Positions 11,042 through 20,908 of a DNA stretch of 64,000 nt are shown here, piece by piece. Both the position numbers and the translations under genes were made by a program. Position 1 is the stretch's first letter. Each line of letters starts with the position of its first letter. The DNA is from an uncultured delta proteobacterium (GTDB taxonomy: Bacteria; Desulfobacterota; Desulfuromonadia; Geobacterales; Pseudopelobacteraceae). Below the pieces are notes generated by a model that made no database searches, was not told the origin of the DNA, and was given only the letters and a program-made list of their open reading frames with translations. Where the stretch lies: positions 224,001-288,000 of the forward strand of contig CAVYYZ010000008.1 of NCBI GenBank assembly GCA_963772835.1, given 5' to 3'.

Positions 11042-11170
11042 CCGGTTTCATCCGGAAAGGGAGCTTTCCCTCCCTGGCTGTGTCAATCTGCGAGATTCCT
11101 TGCCAGAACAAAAAACTCCTCCTTTCCGGTTGGAACATAACTAATACAAACCATTACAGGAGATCAAGCC

Positions 11171-12229
11171 ATGTACAATGCCAAAGCTTATTCCGCTGCC
11201 AGTGCCACATCACCGCTGGCATCCGCCACAATCCCGCGACGCGATGCGACCGAATACGACGTGCAGATTGAAATCCTCTTCTGCGGCGTCTGTCACTCCG
11301 ACCTTCACACGGTCCGCAACGAGTGGAGCAGCGTCATGCCCACGGCCTACCCCTGTGTGCCGGGTCACGAGATTGTCGGCCGGGTCACCGCGGTCGGTTC
11401 CGCAGTGACGAATTTCAAACCGGGCGATCTTGCGGGCGTCGGATGCCTGGTCGATTCGGACCATACCTGCCCCAGTTGCAAGGACAGTGTTGAACAGTTC
11501 TGCCACAACGCGACCTTTACCTACAACTCTCCGGACAAACATCTCGGCGGCGTCACCTACGGCGGCTACTCCGACAGCATCGTCGTCGATGAACGCTTTG
11601 TACTGCGTGTCCCGACCAACCTGAATCTTGCCGGGGTCGCACCGCTGCTCTGTGCCGGTATCACGACCTATTCGCCCATGCGTCGCTGGGGCGAAATCAA
11701 GGGGAAGAAGGTCGGTGTGGTCGGCCTCGGCGGGCTGGGGCATATGGGGGTCAAGTTTGCCCGTGCCTTCGGAGCCCATGTCGTTGTCTTCACCACCTCG
11801 CCCGGCAAGAAAGAGGATGCGCTCCGTCTGGGCGCCCACGAGGTCATCATATCCACCAACACCGAAGAGATGCAGAAGCACGCCGGAACGTTCAACTTTA
11901 TCCTCGACACCATCGCCGCCGAGCATGACATAAACGCCTACATCAACATGCTGAGCCGTGACGGCAACATCACTCTGGTCGGCGCCCCTGAGAAACCGCT
12001 TGCCGTTTCCTCCTTTGCTCTCCTGTTCGGCCGTCGCAGTCTCTCCGGATCGCTTATCGGCGGCCTCAAAGAGACCCAGGAGATGCTTGACTTCTGTGGC
12101 GGGCACAATATCACTTCCGATGTCGAAGTCATTCCCATCCAGATGATCAACGAAGCCTATGAGAGACTGCTCAAGTCCGATGTGAAATACCGGTTCTCAA
12201 TCGATATGGCTTCTCTGAAATCTGAGTAA
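11171..12229 (+). CDS. Zn-dependent NAD(P)-dependent alcohol dehydrogenase (YahK/cinnamyl ADH-like)
   Basis: CGVCHSD, PGHEIVG, APLLCAGITTY, GLGGLG and DVKYRF motifs. Confidence 0.95.
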   Translation: MYNAKAYSAASATSPLASATIPRRDATEYDVQIEILFCGVCHSDLHTVRNEWSSVMPTAYPCVPGHEIVGRVTAVGSAVTNFKPGDLAGVGCLVDSDHTCPSCKDSVEQFCHNATFTYNSPDKHLGGVTYGGYSDSIVVDERFVLRVPTNLNLAGVAPLLCAGITTYSPMRRWGEIKGKKVGVVGLGGLGHMGVKFARAFGAHVVVFTTSPGKKEDALRLGAHEVIISTNTEEMQKHAGTFNFILDTIAAEHDINAYINMLSRDGNITLVGAPEKPLAVSSFALLFGRRSLSGSLIGGLKETQEMLDFCGGHNITSDVEVIPIQMINEAYERLLKSDVKYRFSIDMASLKSE

Positions 12230-12412
12230 ATGGACGGGAATAATCCCGGGATACCACACGTAAATCACGGGCGGCCTTATGGCCGCCTGTGCTGTTATGA
12301 GATAGAGATACCCCGTGAGCAGACATTCCACTCATCCGGACAGATACAGTCTTGACAGGAAGGTGGTAAGAACGTATCTGAGGGTAACATATTGTTACTG
12401 AGGAGTTGGTAA

Positions 12413-12922
12413 ATGTCATGCATCGTACCGATTGCCGGCGGGGCTGCTGAGCGTGAGGCGGCAGTTACGCGGGAGGTTGAGAAGTTAAAGCGGCGGATCA
12501 TCTGGAATGAGCGGGCCGGAGGCGACAGCTGGCGGAAGATATCCTTCCTCTACCGGACGGCGGACCGGTTCGGCGGCCGCATTCTTGACCATTCCTTCTG
12601 CCGGGGGGAAATAGGGGCGAGCGGCTGCTCGACCGGCTGCTGCTGCCGCTGCCGGCCCGATGTGTTCGCCTATGAGCAGGAGGTGCTGGAGCTGCTGCCG
12701 AAGAGGCTCGATGCATCCGGATACTGCCCTTTTTTCAATCTGGTCAAAAAAAATTGCGGCATTTATGGCGTAAGGCCGTTTGCCTGCCGGATTTACTTCA
12801 ATTTCGGTTCGACAGATCATTACTGCCGTAATCCGAATGATGCGACCCTGCAGATGTTTGATAATCTCAAGCCTCATCTGGAGAGGATTCTGGGGGCCTA
12901 CCGGGGAGGGTATGCCGGCTGA
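12413..12922 (+). CDS. YkgJ-family (CxxCxxCC) cysteine cluster protein
   Basis: CSTGCCC...CPFF...CGIYGVRPFACR. Confidence 0.75.
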   Translation: MSCIVPIAGGAAEREAAVTREVEKLKRRIIWNERAGGDSWRKISFLYRTADRFGGRILDHSFCRGEIGASGCSTGCCCRCRPDVFAYEQEVLELLPKRLDASGYCPFFNLVKKNCGIYGVRPFACRIYFNFGSTDHYCRNPNDATLQMFDNLKPHLERILGAYRGGYAG

Positions 12923-13153
12923 CGGACCGGCTGAAGCAAGGAGCTCCAAAGCGAAATCCGGGGCCAGCAACGTGATTCAGAAGGCGGCTAATGGCACGGC
13001 ATCGGGGACGTAGCTGCTGTATTGCTTTCGGCACGAGGTCCGGTTGACTTTGCTGCCGGCGGTTATCAGCACAATACCGAAATAAGCAGGGACAGTTACC
13101 GGGCCATCTGCTATGGTGTCTGTGTAACAGTCCCTATGGATAGGAGAACTAAT

Positions 13154-13414
13154 ATGCCGGTGCATATTCGGCTGATAATTGTGTTGTCTTTTCTGGCCAT
13201 GCTCATTGGCTGCAGCAAGCTGACAATGGAGAACTACTCTAAAATCAAAATGGGCATTGAGTACCCCGAAGTGATAAAAATCCTCGGCACCCCCGACAGC
13301 TGCTCGGAGGCGCTGTTTGTAAAGAACTGCGTCTGGGGGGACGAACAGAAAAACATTACGGTAAATTTTGCGGGTAGCAAGGTACTCCTTTTCACCAGCA
13401 GGAACATCAAGTAG
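13154..13414 (+). CDS. Small lipoprotein (DUF3862 / BamE-like fold)
   Basis: AGGAG RBS, lipobox LIGC, KIKMGIEYPEVIKILGTP. Confidence 0.7.
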   Translation: MPVHIRLIIVLSFLAMLIGCSKLTMENYSKIKMGIEYPEVIKILGTPDSCSEALFVKNCVWGDEQKNITVNFAGSKVLLFTSRNIK

Positions 13415-13546
13415 GAAAGTCTGTGTCGAGACCCGAATACGAGGGTGGGCTGTTGTGACGTGCCCGCGTCGGCAGTTCTGCGTGTCTGTACTCACCGTAG
13501 TTGACAATAACATCGCAGCCGTGCCATAAAACAGCCCACGCACGTG

Positions 13547-13577
13547 AAAGCCGCTTCTGTCTGATGAAGCGGCTTTT
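13547..13577. terminator. Intrinsic terminator hairpin
   Basis: AAAGCCGCTTC-tgtctgat-GAAGCGGCTTTT. Confidence 0.7.
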
Positions 13578-13627
13578 ATGTTTGCCAGCACCCCGTTGAA
13601 CTAATTACATCGTCGCCGGAATCCATT

Positions 13628-14149
13628 ATGAAAATACAGAAGTTGATAATCGGGAACCGCCCCAAGGTCTACGCCCTGCTGCAGAGCGCCTTTCCCGGCA
13701 GCACCCATGAAACCCTGCTGGTGCAGAAACTCCACGAGAACAGCAGAACCGTATATGAATGGGTCTGCATCCATACCAACAAGGCCATCGCCTACATCGC
13801 CTTTACCCCTGCCTATAACGGCAAGGACATCTGCGGGCTGCACCTCGCGCCCATGGCCGTTGCCCCCGATTTTCAAAGGCAGGGGGTGGGTTCGGAACTG
13901 CTCCGCTTTGCTCTGCGTCAGGAGGCGGTCAAAGACCAGCCCCTGTTTGTCCGTGGTGAACCGGGTTATTTCCAGAGGTTCGGTTTTGAGCTCTGTACTC
14001 TGCCGCTCTGCCCGTTTGATTCCGGCAACGCGCATTTCCTGAGTATGCGCAACAGTGTCGCCGCCGGTTTCACAGTCAGGTATGAACCCGAGTTTATGGC
14101 TGCGGCCATACCACCGGGCACGCCGGGCAGGAAGCGTCGGAAACGGTGA
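13628..14149 (+). CDS. GNAT acetyltransferase (YhbS-like)
   Basis: LAPMAVAPDFQRQGVGSEL and GEPGYFQRFGF motifs. Confidence 0.85.
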   Translation: MKIQKLIIGNRPKVYALLQSAFPGSTHETLLVQKLHENSRTVYEWVCIHTNKAIAYIAFTPAYNGKDICGLHLAPMAVAPDFQRQGVGSELLRFALRQEAVKDQPLFVRGEPGYFQRFGFELCTLPLCPFDSGNAHFLSMRNSVAAGFTVRYEPEFMAAAIPPGTPGRKRRKR

Positions 14150-14301
14150 GCAACTGTCGGCCATCCGTGACGGTATGCCCGGCACGTACACTACGGAAAA
14201 GTCAGAACGGGTCTCGCGAAATACTGAATGGTTCCTGGAAATAGAGTGCGGATACGGTCTTTTCCTTTTAACTTCATCCCGCAGTGTGCTATTCTAGCTA
14301 G

Positions 14302-15648
14302 TTGCACAAATTCAGCTGCCCCAGAGGCAATAGCTTGTTGACAAAACGAAGGGTAAAACTGGTTCGAAAGTTCAATGTTTCGCCGCACCTCTGGCAGCGC
14401 CGCCTCGTTTTCTGGGGCGGAGCAGTCATGGTAGGGTGTGTCGCCTCTCTCTTCTCCATCGGGAGTGAATATGCCAACCATTACTTTCACAAGCTTTTGG
14501 AAGTTTCACCTTACCTCCCATTGGCCATTACCCCGATAGGGCTGGCATTGGTGGTATACCTGACCCAGAAATTCGTTCCGGGCGCGGAGGGAAGCGGTAT
14601 CCCGCAATGCATAGCCGCCATCTCCCTTGAGACGCACGAAGAGCGAAGCAAGCTGCTTTCAGTACGAATCGCCATTGGCAAAGTTTTTCTGACTCTCCTG
14701 TCGCTTCTGGCCGGGGCTTCGGTCGGCAGAGAGGGCCCAACCGTTCAGGTGGGCGCATCCATCATGTATTCCATGTCCCGTTTTGCCCGTTTTTCGCGGA
14801 CTGATCTGGAAAAGGGGCTGATCCTTGCCGGTGGAGCCTCCGGAGTGGCCGCGGCCTTTAATACGCCTCTGGCCGGGATTGTTTTTGCCATCGAAGAGAT
14901 GAGCCGCTCTTTCGAGGAGCGGACCAGCGGCACCATGATCACCGCCGTGGTTATATCCGGTGTGGTTTCCCTCCACTTTCTCGGCAACTACACCTATTTC
15001 GGCCACACCTCGACCTCCATTCCGCTGAACGCCAGCTGGCTGTCGGTTATCGTCTGCGGATGCATCGGCGGATTGCTGGGCGGGGTCTTCAGCCGTATGC
15101 TGGTGTATGTGTCCTCCTACGGATTGCCTGGCGTAACCGGAAAACTGATGCGAGCCAGGCCGGTACTGTTTGCCGGACTTTGCGGTCTTGTACTGGCATG
15201 CATTGGCCTTGCATCGGGCGATCTCACCTACGGTACCGGCTATCAGGAAGCCAGGGGAATCATCGAGAGTTCCGGGGAGGCTTCACAAGCCTACGGCATC
15301 CTTAAGTTCCTGGCTACGGTGGTTTCCTATCTGAGCGGCATTCCGGGCGGAATCTTCGCACCATCGCTTGCAATCGGAGCAGGTTTTGGACATAATCTTG
15401 CCGGCCTGATCCCCTACGCAACCCCCGGCGGCGTTGTAATGCTTACCATGGTGGCGTATTTCTCGGGAGTTGTTCAGGCGCCGATAACGGCTTTCGTGAT
15501 CGTTATGGAGATGACCGACAATCACACCATGATCCTGCCGCTCATGGCCGCTTCATTCATCGCATCTGCCATCTCTAAAAAAATATGTCCGCAACCGCTC
15601 TACAAGTCGATGGCAGAACATTTTCTTCGCAAGCCTAAAGTATCCTGA
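14302..15648 (+). CDS. ClC-family chloride channel / H+:Cl- antiporter (no CBS domains); start uncertain
   Basis: GSGIP, GREGP, AAAFNTPLAG, GGIFAP and EMT motifs. Confidence 0.92.
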   Translation: MHKFSCPRGNSLLTKRRVKLVRKFNVSPHLWQRRLVFWGGAVMVGCVASLFSIGSEYANHYFHKLLEVSPYLPLAITPIGLALVVYLTQKFVPGAEGSGIPQCIAAISLETHEERSKLLSVRIAIGKVFLTLLSLLAGASVGREGPTVQVGASIMYSMSRFARFSRTDLEKGLILAGGASGVAAAFNTPLAGIVFAIEEMSRSFEERTSGTMITAVVISGVVSLHFLGNYTYFGHTSTSIPLNASWLSVIVCGCIGGLLGGVFSRMLVYVSSYGLPGVTGKLMRARPVLFAGLCGLVLACIGLASGDLTYGTGYQEARGIIESSGEASQAYGILKFLATVVSYLSGIPGGIFAPSLAIGAGFGHNLAGLIPYATPGGVVMLTMVAYFSGVVQAPITAFVIVMEMTDNHTMILPLMAASFIASAISKKICPQPLYKSMAEHFLRKPKVS

Positions 15649-15789
15649 TGTTTGTAGACGGAGATAATTCCGGGGATATACTTCCAACAACTAAGGCGGC
15701 CAATGTGGCCGCCTTAGTTGTTGCTGAAGCGTTATTCATACAGGCCGCCCCGGGTTTCCCCATGGCGGCCTGCTTCTTCGTGAGTAGTT

Positions 15790-15990
15790 TTAAACTCTCA
15801 TTACATTCGCGGCCTGAAGCCCTTTCGGACCCTTGGTTACTTCAAACGTGACACTATCTCCTTCAACAAGAGACTTGAACCCGTCGCCTGCGATTGCGGA
15901 GAAATGGCAAAATACATCATCGCCATTTTCCTGCTCAAGAAACCCAAAACCCTTGCTGTCGTTAAACCATTTAACTGTTCCGTTTACCAT
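15790..15990 (-). CDS. Cold-shock protein (CspA family)
   Basis: [14 protein letters not shown]...DVFCHFSAI...[10 protein letters not shown]. Confidence 0.96.
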   Translation of the reverse strand: MVNGTVKWFNDSKGFGFLEQENGDDVFCHFSAIAGDGFKSLVEGDSVTFEVTKGPKGLQAANVMRV

Positions 15991-16296
15991 GTGTACTTTC
16001 TCCTGATCCTGCTGCTCGATTTAGTCTGATATGTGTCAGACAATATGCCATAAGGCGCTTCTAAACGGGAGAAGTCAATCCGAAAATCATCGCAGTGAAG
16101 AATACCGGGGAATCGTTGTCTGAATTCTGAAGGAGTTCAGTACGGCTTCTGTTTCGTACCAGCGTTGACAAAAACAGCGCAGCTGTGCAATACAACAGGT
16201 ACGTAAGGAGAACCGTTTCCGCCAGATGAAGCGGTTTTTGTGTTCTTGTGTTTTTGTGCTGAAATAATGAAATGATGAAAAAACCGGAGACTGAGT

Positions 16297-17559
16297 GTGG
16301 ACAAAAGAAAACAAATACTGGTAAGAAACAAGAGAATAGCGACTGGATTGATGATTGGCGCCGCGGTACTGTTTGTGGTCGCACGCTCTCAGAAGGGTCT
16401 TGGCGCCTGGGAGTGGCTGGCCGCATTTGCGGAAGCGGCCATGGTCGGTGCTCTGGCGGACTGGTTTGCGGTCGTGGCGCTCTTCCGTCACCCGTTGGGT
16501 GTGCCGATCCCGCATACGGGTATTATTAAAAACAAGAAGGATGCCATTGCCGGAAATCTGGCCGGTTTTATCCGTGACAGGTTTCTTGCCAGCGATACCC
16601 TGATCGCCAAAATGAGAGAGTACAACCCTGCCGGACATCTTGCCGCCTACCTGATGTCGCGGGAGAATGCCGCCGGTCTGGCCAAAGGGTTAACCCGTGT
16701 CTGTGCCGACTCCATGGATTTTATCGATGACGAGCGGGTGCAGCAGTTGTTGAGATCCGCTCTGAGTAACCGGGTCGAAAATTTCGACATTTCCACGTCC
16801 GCCGGAATGATTATTGATTCCCTGACAAAAGACAATCGGCACCAGATCGTGCTCGATGACCTGTTGCACCGCTTTGCCGGGTGGCTGGCAACCGATGACG
16901 CACAGACACGACTGGCCAAAGCCATCGAAGACATGTGTGCCAGGGAATATCCGCTGCTGATTGCCTTCATTCCCAACCGGGATCAGTTTGCCCGGGGAGC
17001 GGGAGATAAGATTGTTAAAAGGATCAACGCCTATATTCAGGAAGTTAATGCCGATCCCGCTCACGAGATCAGGGGCAGCTTTGACACTGCCGTTGCTGAT
17101 TTCAGCGCCCGGCTGAAGACCGATCCGGAGCTGCGGAACAAGGTCGAGGCGATCAAGCGTGACGTTGTTCATACCCAATCCATAGCCGATTATGCGAGGA
17201 GCCTCGGCACCGATCTAAAGAGCTGGCTGAATGCTGACCTGTGCCGGCCGCAGTCGAAGGTGCAGGAGAAGATCATGGCCGCGATTACCGGTCTCGGTGC
17301 GACACTGTCGCACAACCGGGGGTTGAAAGATTCGTTGAATGAACATCTTGAAACGCTGGTGCTCCGCTACGGTGACACATTGCGGAGTGCGATTGCCGGT
17401 CACATTTCCGGTACGGTGCAGCAATGGGAAAGCGACGACTATGTCAGCGAAATCGAGCTGAGCATCGGCTCCGATCTGCAGTTTATCAGGATGAACGGCA
17501 CCCTGGTCGGCGGCGTTATCGGCCTGCTCCTGCATGCTGTCTCGCTGCTGCTCGTGTAG
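16297..17559 (+). CDS. DUF445-family membrane protein
   Basis: AAMVGALADWFAVVALFRHP...IPHT and DLQFIRMNGTLVGG motifs. Confidence 0.9.
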   Translation: MDKRKQILVRNKRIATGLMIGAAVLFVVARSQKGLGAWEWLAAFAEAAMVGALADWFAVVALFRHPLGVPIPHTGIIKNKKDAIAGNLAGFIRDRFLASDTLIAKMREYNPAGHLAAYLMSRENAAGLAKGLTRVCADSMDFIDDERVQQLLRSALSNRVENFDISTSAGMIIDSLTKDNRHQIVLDDLLHRFAGWLATDDAQTRLAKAIEDMCAREYPLLIAFIPNRDQFARGAGDKIVKRINAYIQEVNADPAHEIRGSFDTAVADFSARLKTDPELRNKVEAIKRDVVHTQSIADYARSLGTDLKSWLNADLCRPQSKVQEKIMAAITGLGATLSHNRGLKDSLNEHLETLVLRYGDTLRSAIAGHISGTVQQWESDDYVSEIELSIGSDLQFIRMNGTLVGGVIGLLLHAVSLLLV

Positions 17560-17695
17560 CTGCCAACTTCGTCACGAAGCTGAAAAAGAGACATTCATGA
17601 TCGGTGGCCCCGGTCCGGTGTATCGTTCTGTCTGGTTGATAGGGTCTCCGGAGTCTCGGGGCTGCTGCGAACACATGCGTAAGGAGAAATTCAAA

Positions 17696-17944
17696 ATGAA
17701 GATCCGCAAGAAAATTCTGGACTATGAGTATGAAGAGGTGCTTGACACCAGAACCCGCGAACTGATCCGGGTCGGTTGTGCCATTGCCGTAGGGTGTCCC
17801 ACCTGACTGAAGAAGCACTTCGCGGTCGCGAAGGAAGCCGGGGCAACAAAAGAGGAGCTGCGCGAGGCGATCGCCTATGGCATCATAGCCCCTTCGGGGC
17901 GTGCCAAAAATTTTGCCTTGGGCATGCTGGATGAGGTGGAGTAA
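17696..17944 (+). CDS. AhpD / carboxymuconolactone-decarboxylase-like selenoprotein (CxxU), 82 aa
   Basis: AAGGAG RBS and ATG 17696. MKIRKKILDYEYEEVLDTRTRELIRVGCAIAVGCPT-TGA(17804-06)-LKKHFAVAKEAGATKEELREAIAYGIIAPSGRAKNFALGMLDEVE-TAA; the CMD signature continues across the TGA. Confidence 0.9.
17818..17833 (+). promoter_or_regulatory. Candidate bacterial SECIS hairpin
   Basis: CTTCGC-GGTC-GCGAAG starting 11 nt after the in-frame TGA, with a G-containing apical loop. Confidence 0.78.
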
Positions 17945-18136
17945 GCAACGGGGCGAATTCCGCAATCGTATTACCGGACGACGGTACATGGACGGAAACA
18001 ATCTCCGGATGTGTCAGTACCATCGGAAATTAAATCCGGTACCGGCGCTCCCTGGCAATCTGGTCTTGACTGGTCCGACCTTTTCTGGAATACTCCGCAG
18101 TGTTTTGTCAAATAATTGTTTGAGGAGATGAACACC

Positions 18137-18928
18137 ATGAAGAAACCGCTGTTGCTCGTGTTATGCCTCGTTTTGTCGCTGTTTACCGTTAATTCCTTTG
18201 CCGGTGACGGCTCGTGGGACAAGGTTAAAAAGGATGGTAAGCTTGTTGTCGGACTCGACGATTCATTTCCTCCGATGGGGTACCGTCAGGCTGACGGGAA
18301 ACTGGTCGGCTTCGATATTGATGCTGCAGAAGAGGTCGGAAAACGCCTCGGTATCAAGATTGAATGGCAACCGACCGCCTGGGACGGGGTGATCCACTCT
18401 CTGGACGCCAAAAAATTCGACTGCATCTGGAACGGTATGACCATTACCGAGGAGCGTGCCGCACAGGTCGCCTTCAGCAAGCCGTATATCATGGATGGTC
18501 AGATCGCAATCGTCAATTTCAAGGATAACCGTTTCAAAAGCCTCAAGGAGCTCAAAAACTTTAAAGCAGGAACCCAGAAAGGCTCATCCGGTATTCAGGC
18601 GGTCAAAAAACTTGCCAGCGCTCCGACAGAACTGAAAGAATACGAGGACTATCCCAAAGCGCTGCTTGATCTGGAAGCAGGTCGAATCGACGTGGTTGTC
18701 GTCGACAATGTCACCGGTCGTGACATGATCGCCAAACGTCCCGGTAAATTCAAGCTCATCCCCGGCATGATCAGCAAAGAGCCGTTCGGCGTGGCTTTCC
18801 GCAAGAACGACAGCGACCTTCGCGGGAAAGTTCAGCAAACCCTGGACAAAATGGTCAAGGATGGTGCCATGGCCAGGATCTCCCGCAAATGGTTTGCAGA
18901 AGATCTCACAAATCCCAAGAAATTTTAG
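18137..18928 (+). CDS. Polar amino acid ABC transporter substrate-binding protein
   Basis: Signal peptide; VGLDDSFPPMG, GFDID, NGMTITEER and FSKPY motifs. Confidence 0.93.
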   Translation: MKKPLLLVLCLVLSLFTVNSFAGDGSWDKVKKDGKLVVGLDDSFPPMGYRQADGKLVGFDIDAAEEVGKRLGIKIEWQPTAWDGVIHSLDAKKFDCIWNGMTITEERAAQVAFSKPYIMDGQIAIVNFKDNRFKSLKELKNFKAGTQKGSSGIQAVKKLASAPTELKEYEDYPKALLDLEAGRIDVVVVDNVTGRDMIAKRPGKFKLIPGMISKEPFGVAFRKNDSDLRGKVQQTLDKMVKDGAMARISRKWFAEDLTNPKKF

Positions 18929-18943
18929 GCTAAGAAGGTTTCG

Positions 18944-19954
18944 ATGACATATTTCTGCAGCAGGGCCTTTGTGGCCCTGCTTTTTTTATGTATTCTGGCT
19001 GGAAACAGTCTGGCTTCGGTTGATTATGACCACCTTTTCCGCCAGTCCAGCGATTTGATGGCACAGGGAGATCTCGACGGTGCCCTGGCGCTGCTCAAAC
19101 AGGTGCCGACACCTGCCGCCGGTGAAGAAGCCGGACCTTTCGTCTCCAGTCGCATGCAGGCAGCCCGCATCCTTGCCTCGCAAAATGCCACGGGTAAGGC
19201 AATTGTCGTCTGCCAGGAAGTATTGAAACTGTTCCCCGATAACAGCGAGGCGCGCAATTTTGTCGCAGCATTAAAAGATCAGCTTAAGCCCGTCTGGCAC
19301 ACCGTTTTGTCTGATACCTTGCGTTTCCTCCCGTCGCTGGCCAAAGGCGCGCTTATGACTCTTATGCTGGTCAGCTGCACCATGCTGGTGTCACCTCTCG
19401 GTGGGTTGCTGATCGCGCTGGGGCGCATCAGTACTCTAGGGCCGATTTCAGGATTATGCTGGTTTATAATCTGGTTTTTCCGTGGCACTCCGCTGCTTCT
19501 GCAGCTGTTTTTCATCTATTATGGACTCCCCTCTCTCGGCATTGTCCTCTCGCCATTTACCGCTGCGGTAATCGGTCTCGGTCTGAACTACTCGGCGTAT
19601 CTGGGGGAAATCATCCGTGGTGCAATCCAGAGCATTGACCGTGGCCAGATGGAAGCTGCCAAGGCCATCGGCATGAGTTACGGCCAGGCCATGCGGAGAG
19701 TGATAATCCCGCAGACCTATAAACGCCTGATGCCCCCTGTTGGCAACGAGTTTATTGCCCTGATCAAGGATACGGCACTTGTCTCGACCATTGCCATGGT
19801 TGAACTGATGCGCGCCGCCGACCAGCTCTTTAATACCTATTTCAACATTACGGCACTGGCTCTGGCCGCCGTGATCTACCTGGTGCTGACGACCATCTTT
19901 ACCTTTATCTTCGAAAAGATCGAATACCGGGCAGGAATCTATGAACAGCGCTAA
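18944..19954 (+). CDS. Amino acid ABC permease with an N-terminal TPR-like extension
   Basis: FRGTPLLLQL, SAYLGEIIRGAIQSIDRGQMEAA and NEFIALIKDT motifs; preceded by a ~120-aa helical repeat-like domain. Confidence 0.9.
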   Translation: MTYFCSRAFVALLFLCILAGNSLASVDYDHLFRQSSDLMAQGDLDGALALLKQVPTPAAGEEAGPFVSSRMQAARILASQNATGKAIVVCQEVLKLFPDNSEARNFVAALKDQLKPVWHTVLSDTLRFLPSLAKGALMTLMLVSCTMLVSPLGGLLIALGRISTLGPISGLCWFIIWFFRGTPLLLQLFFIYYGLPSLGIVLSPFTAAVIGLGLNYSAYLGEIIRGAIQSIDRGQMEAAKAIGMSYGQAMRRVIIPQTYKRLMPPVGNEFIALIKDTALVSTIAMVELMRAADQLFNTYFNITALALAAVIYLVLTTIFTFIFEKIEYRAGIYEQR

Positions 19955-20717
19955 TCAGCCATTATTGAAACTGGAGAATATCACCAAACGCTTTAAAGAG
20001 CTGACGGCGGTTAACGGTGTCAGCCTGGAAGTTGCATACGGTGAAAAACTGGTCATTATCGGTCCCTCCGGTTCCGGTAAATCCACACTGCTCCGGTCAA
20101 TAAATCTCCTGGAGGAGATTGATGAGGGAACCATCCGTTTTGAAGGGCGTGAGGTGGGGTATATCATGCGCAACGCGAAACGTCATCAGGACCGCCCTCC
20201 GGCTATCAGTAAACTGCGTGCGGAGATCGGCATGGTATTCCAGCATTTCCATCTCTTTCCGCACATGACCGTCCTTGGCAACGTAATGGAAGGGCCATTG
20301 ACGGTACAACGTAAACCGGCAGATGAGGCACGTTCTATTGCAGCCGGTATGCTGGAAAAAGTTGGGCTGTCTGACAAACGGGACGTGTTTCCGGCCACCC
20401 TTTCAGGCGGACAGAAACAGCGGGTTGCAATCGCCCGCGCCCTCGCTATGCGGCCCAAGCTGATGCTGTTCGACGAACCGACTTCAGCCCTCGATCCGGA
20501 ACTTGTCGGCGAAGTCTTTGATACCATCCACACCCTGGCTGACGAGGGCATGACCATGATTATCGTCACCCATCATATGGGGTTTGCGCGGGAGTTGGCC
20601 GACCGGGTGATCTTTATGGAGTCCGGAAATTTTCTCGCACAGGGTACGCCGGAGGAACTCTTCAGCTCAGCACAGGACAATGAACGGATCAGGGGTTTTC
20701 TCAACCGTCTGTTGTAA
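19941..20717 (+). CDS. Amino acid ABC transporter ATP-binding protein (GlnQ-like)
   Basis: GPSGSGKS, LSGGQKQR and FDEPTSALDPE motifs. Confidence 0.95.
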   Translation: MNSANQPLLKLENITKRFKELTAVNGVSLEVAYGEKLVIIGPSGSGKSTLLRSINLLEEIDEGTIRFEGREVGYIMRNAKRHQDRPPAISKLRAEIGMVFQHFHLFPHMTVLGNVMEGPLTVQRKPADEARSIAAGMLEKVGLSDKRDVFPATLSGGQKQRVAIARALAMRPKLMLFDEPTSALDPELVGEVFDTIHTLADEGMTMIIVTHHMGFARELADRVIFMESGNFLAQGTPEELFSSAQDNERIRGFLNRLL

Positions 20718-20804
20718 GTACATTGGACATCCGGAAGGGAACCGGGACCGGATTTTGAAAAGAAATATGGCACCAGTTAAAAATTACTCGAAAAAAGTTT
20801 AAAA

Positions 20805-20835
20805 TAGAAAGGCGGCCGTTACGGCCGCCTTTCTA
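20805..20835. terminator. Bidirectional terminator (GGCGGCC palindrome family)
   Basis: TAGAAAGGCGGCCG-tta-CGGCCGCCTTTCTA between convergent genes. Confidence 0.75.
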
Positions 20836-20908
20836 CGTCTGTTGATCTGCCTTCTCCTTCCGCACCATCACCACACTCCGTTTACATGGCGTTTCGTATG
20901 CGATCACG

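Noticed and set aside
14150..14330. Possible fluoride riboswitch upstream of the ClC gene
   Set aside because: No GGCGATGG-type core, and the protein has GSGIP of Cl- type ClCs rather than the fluoride-exporter signature
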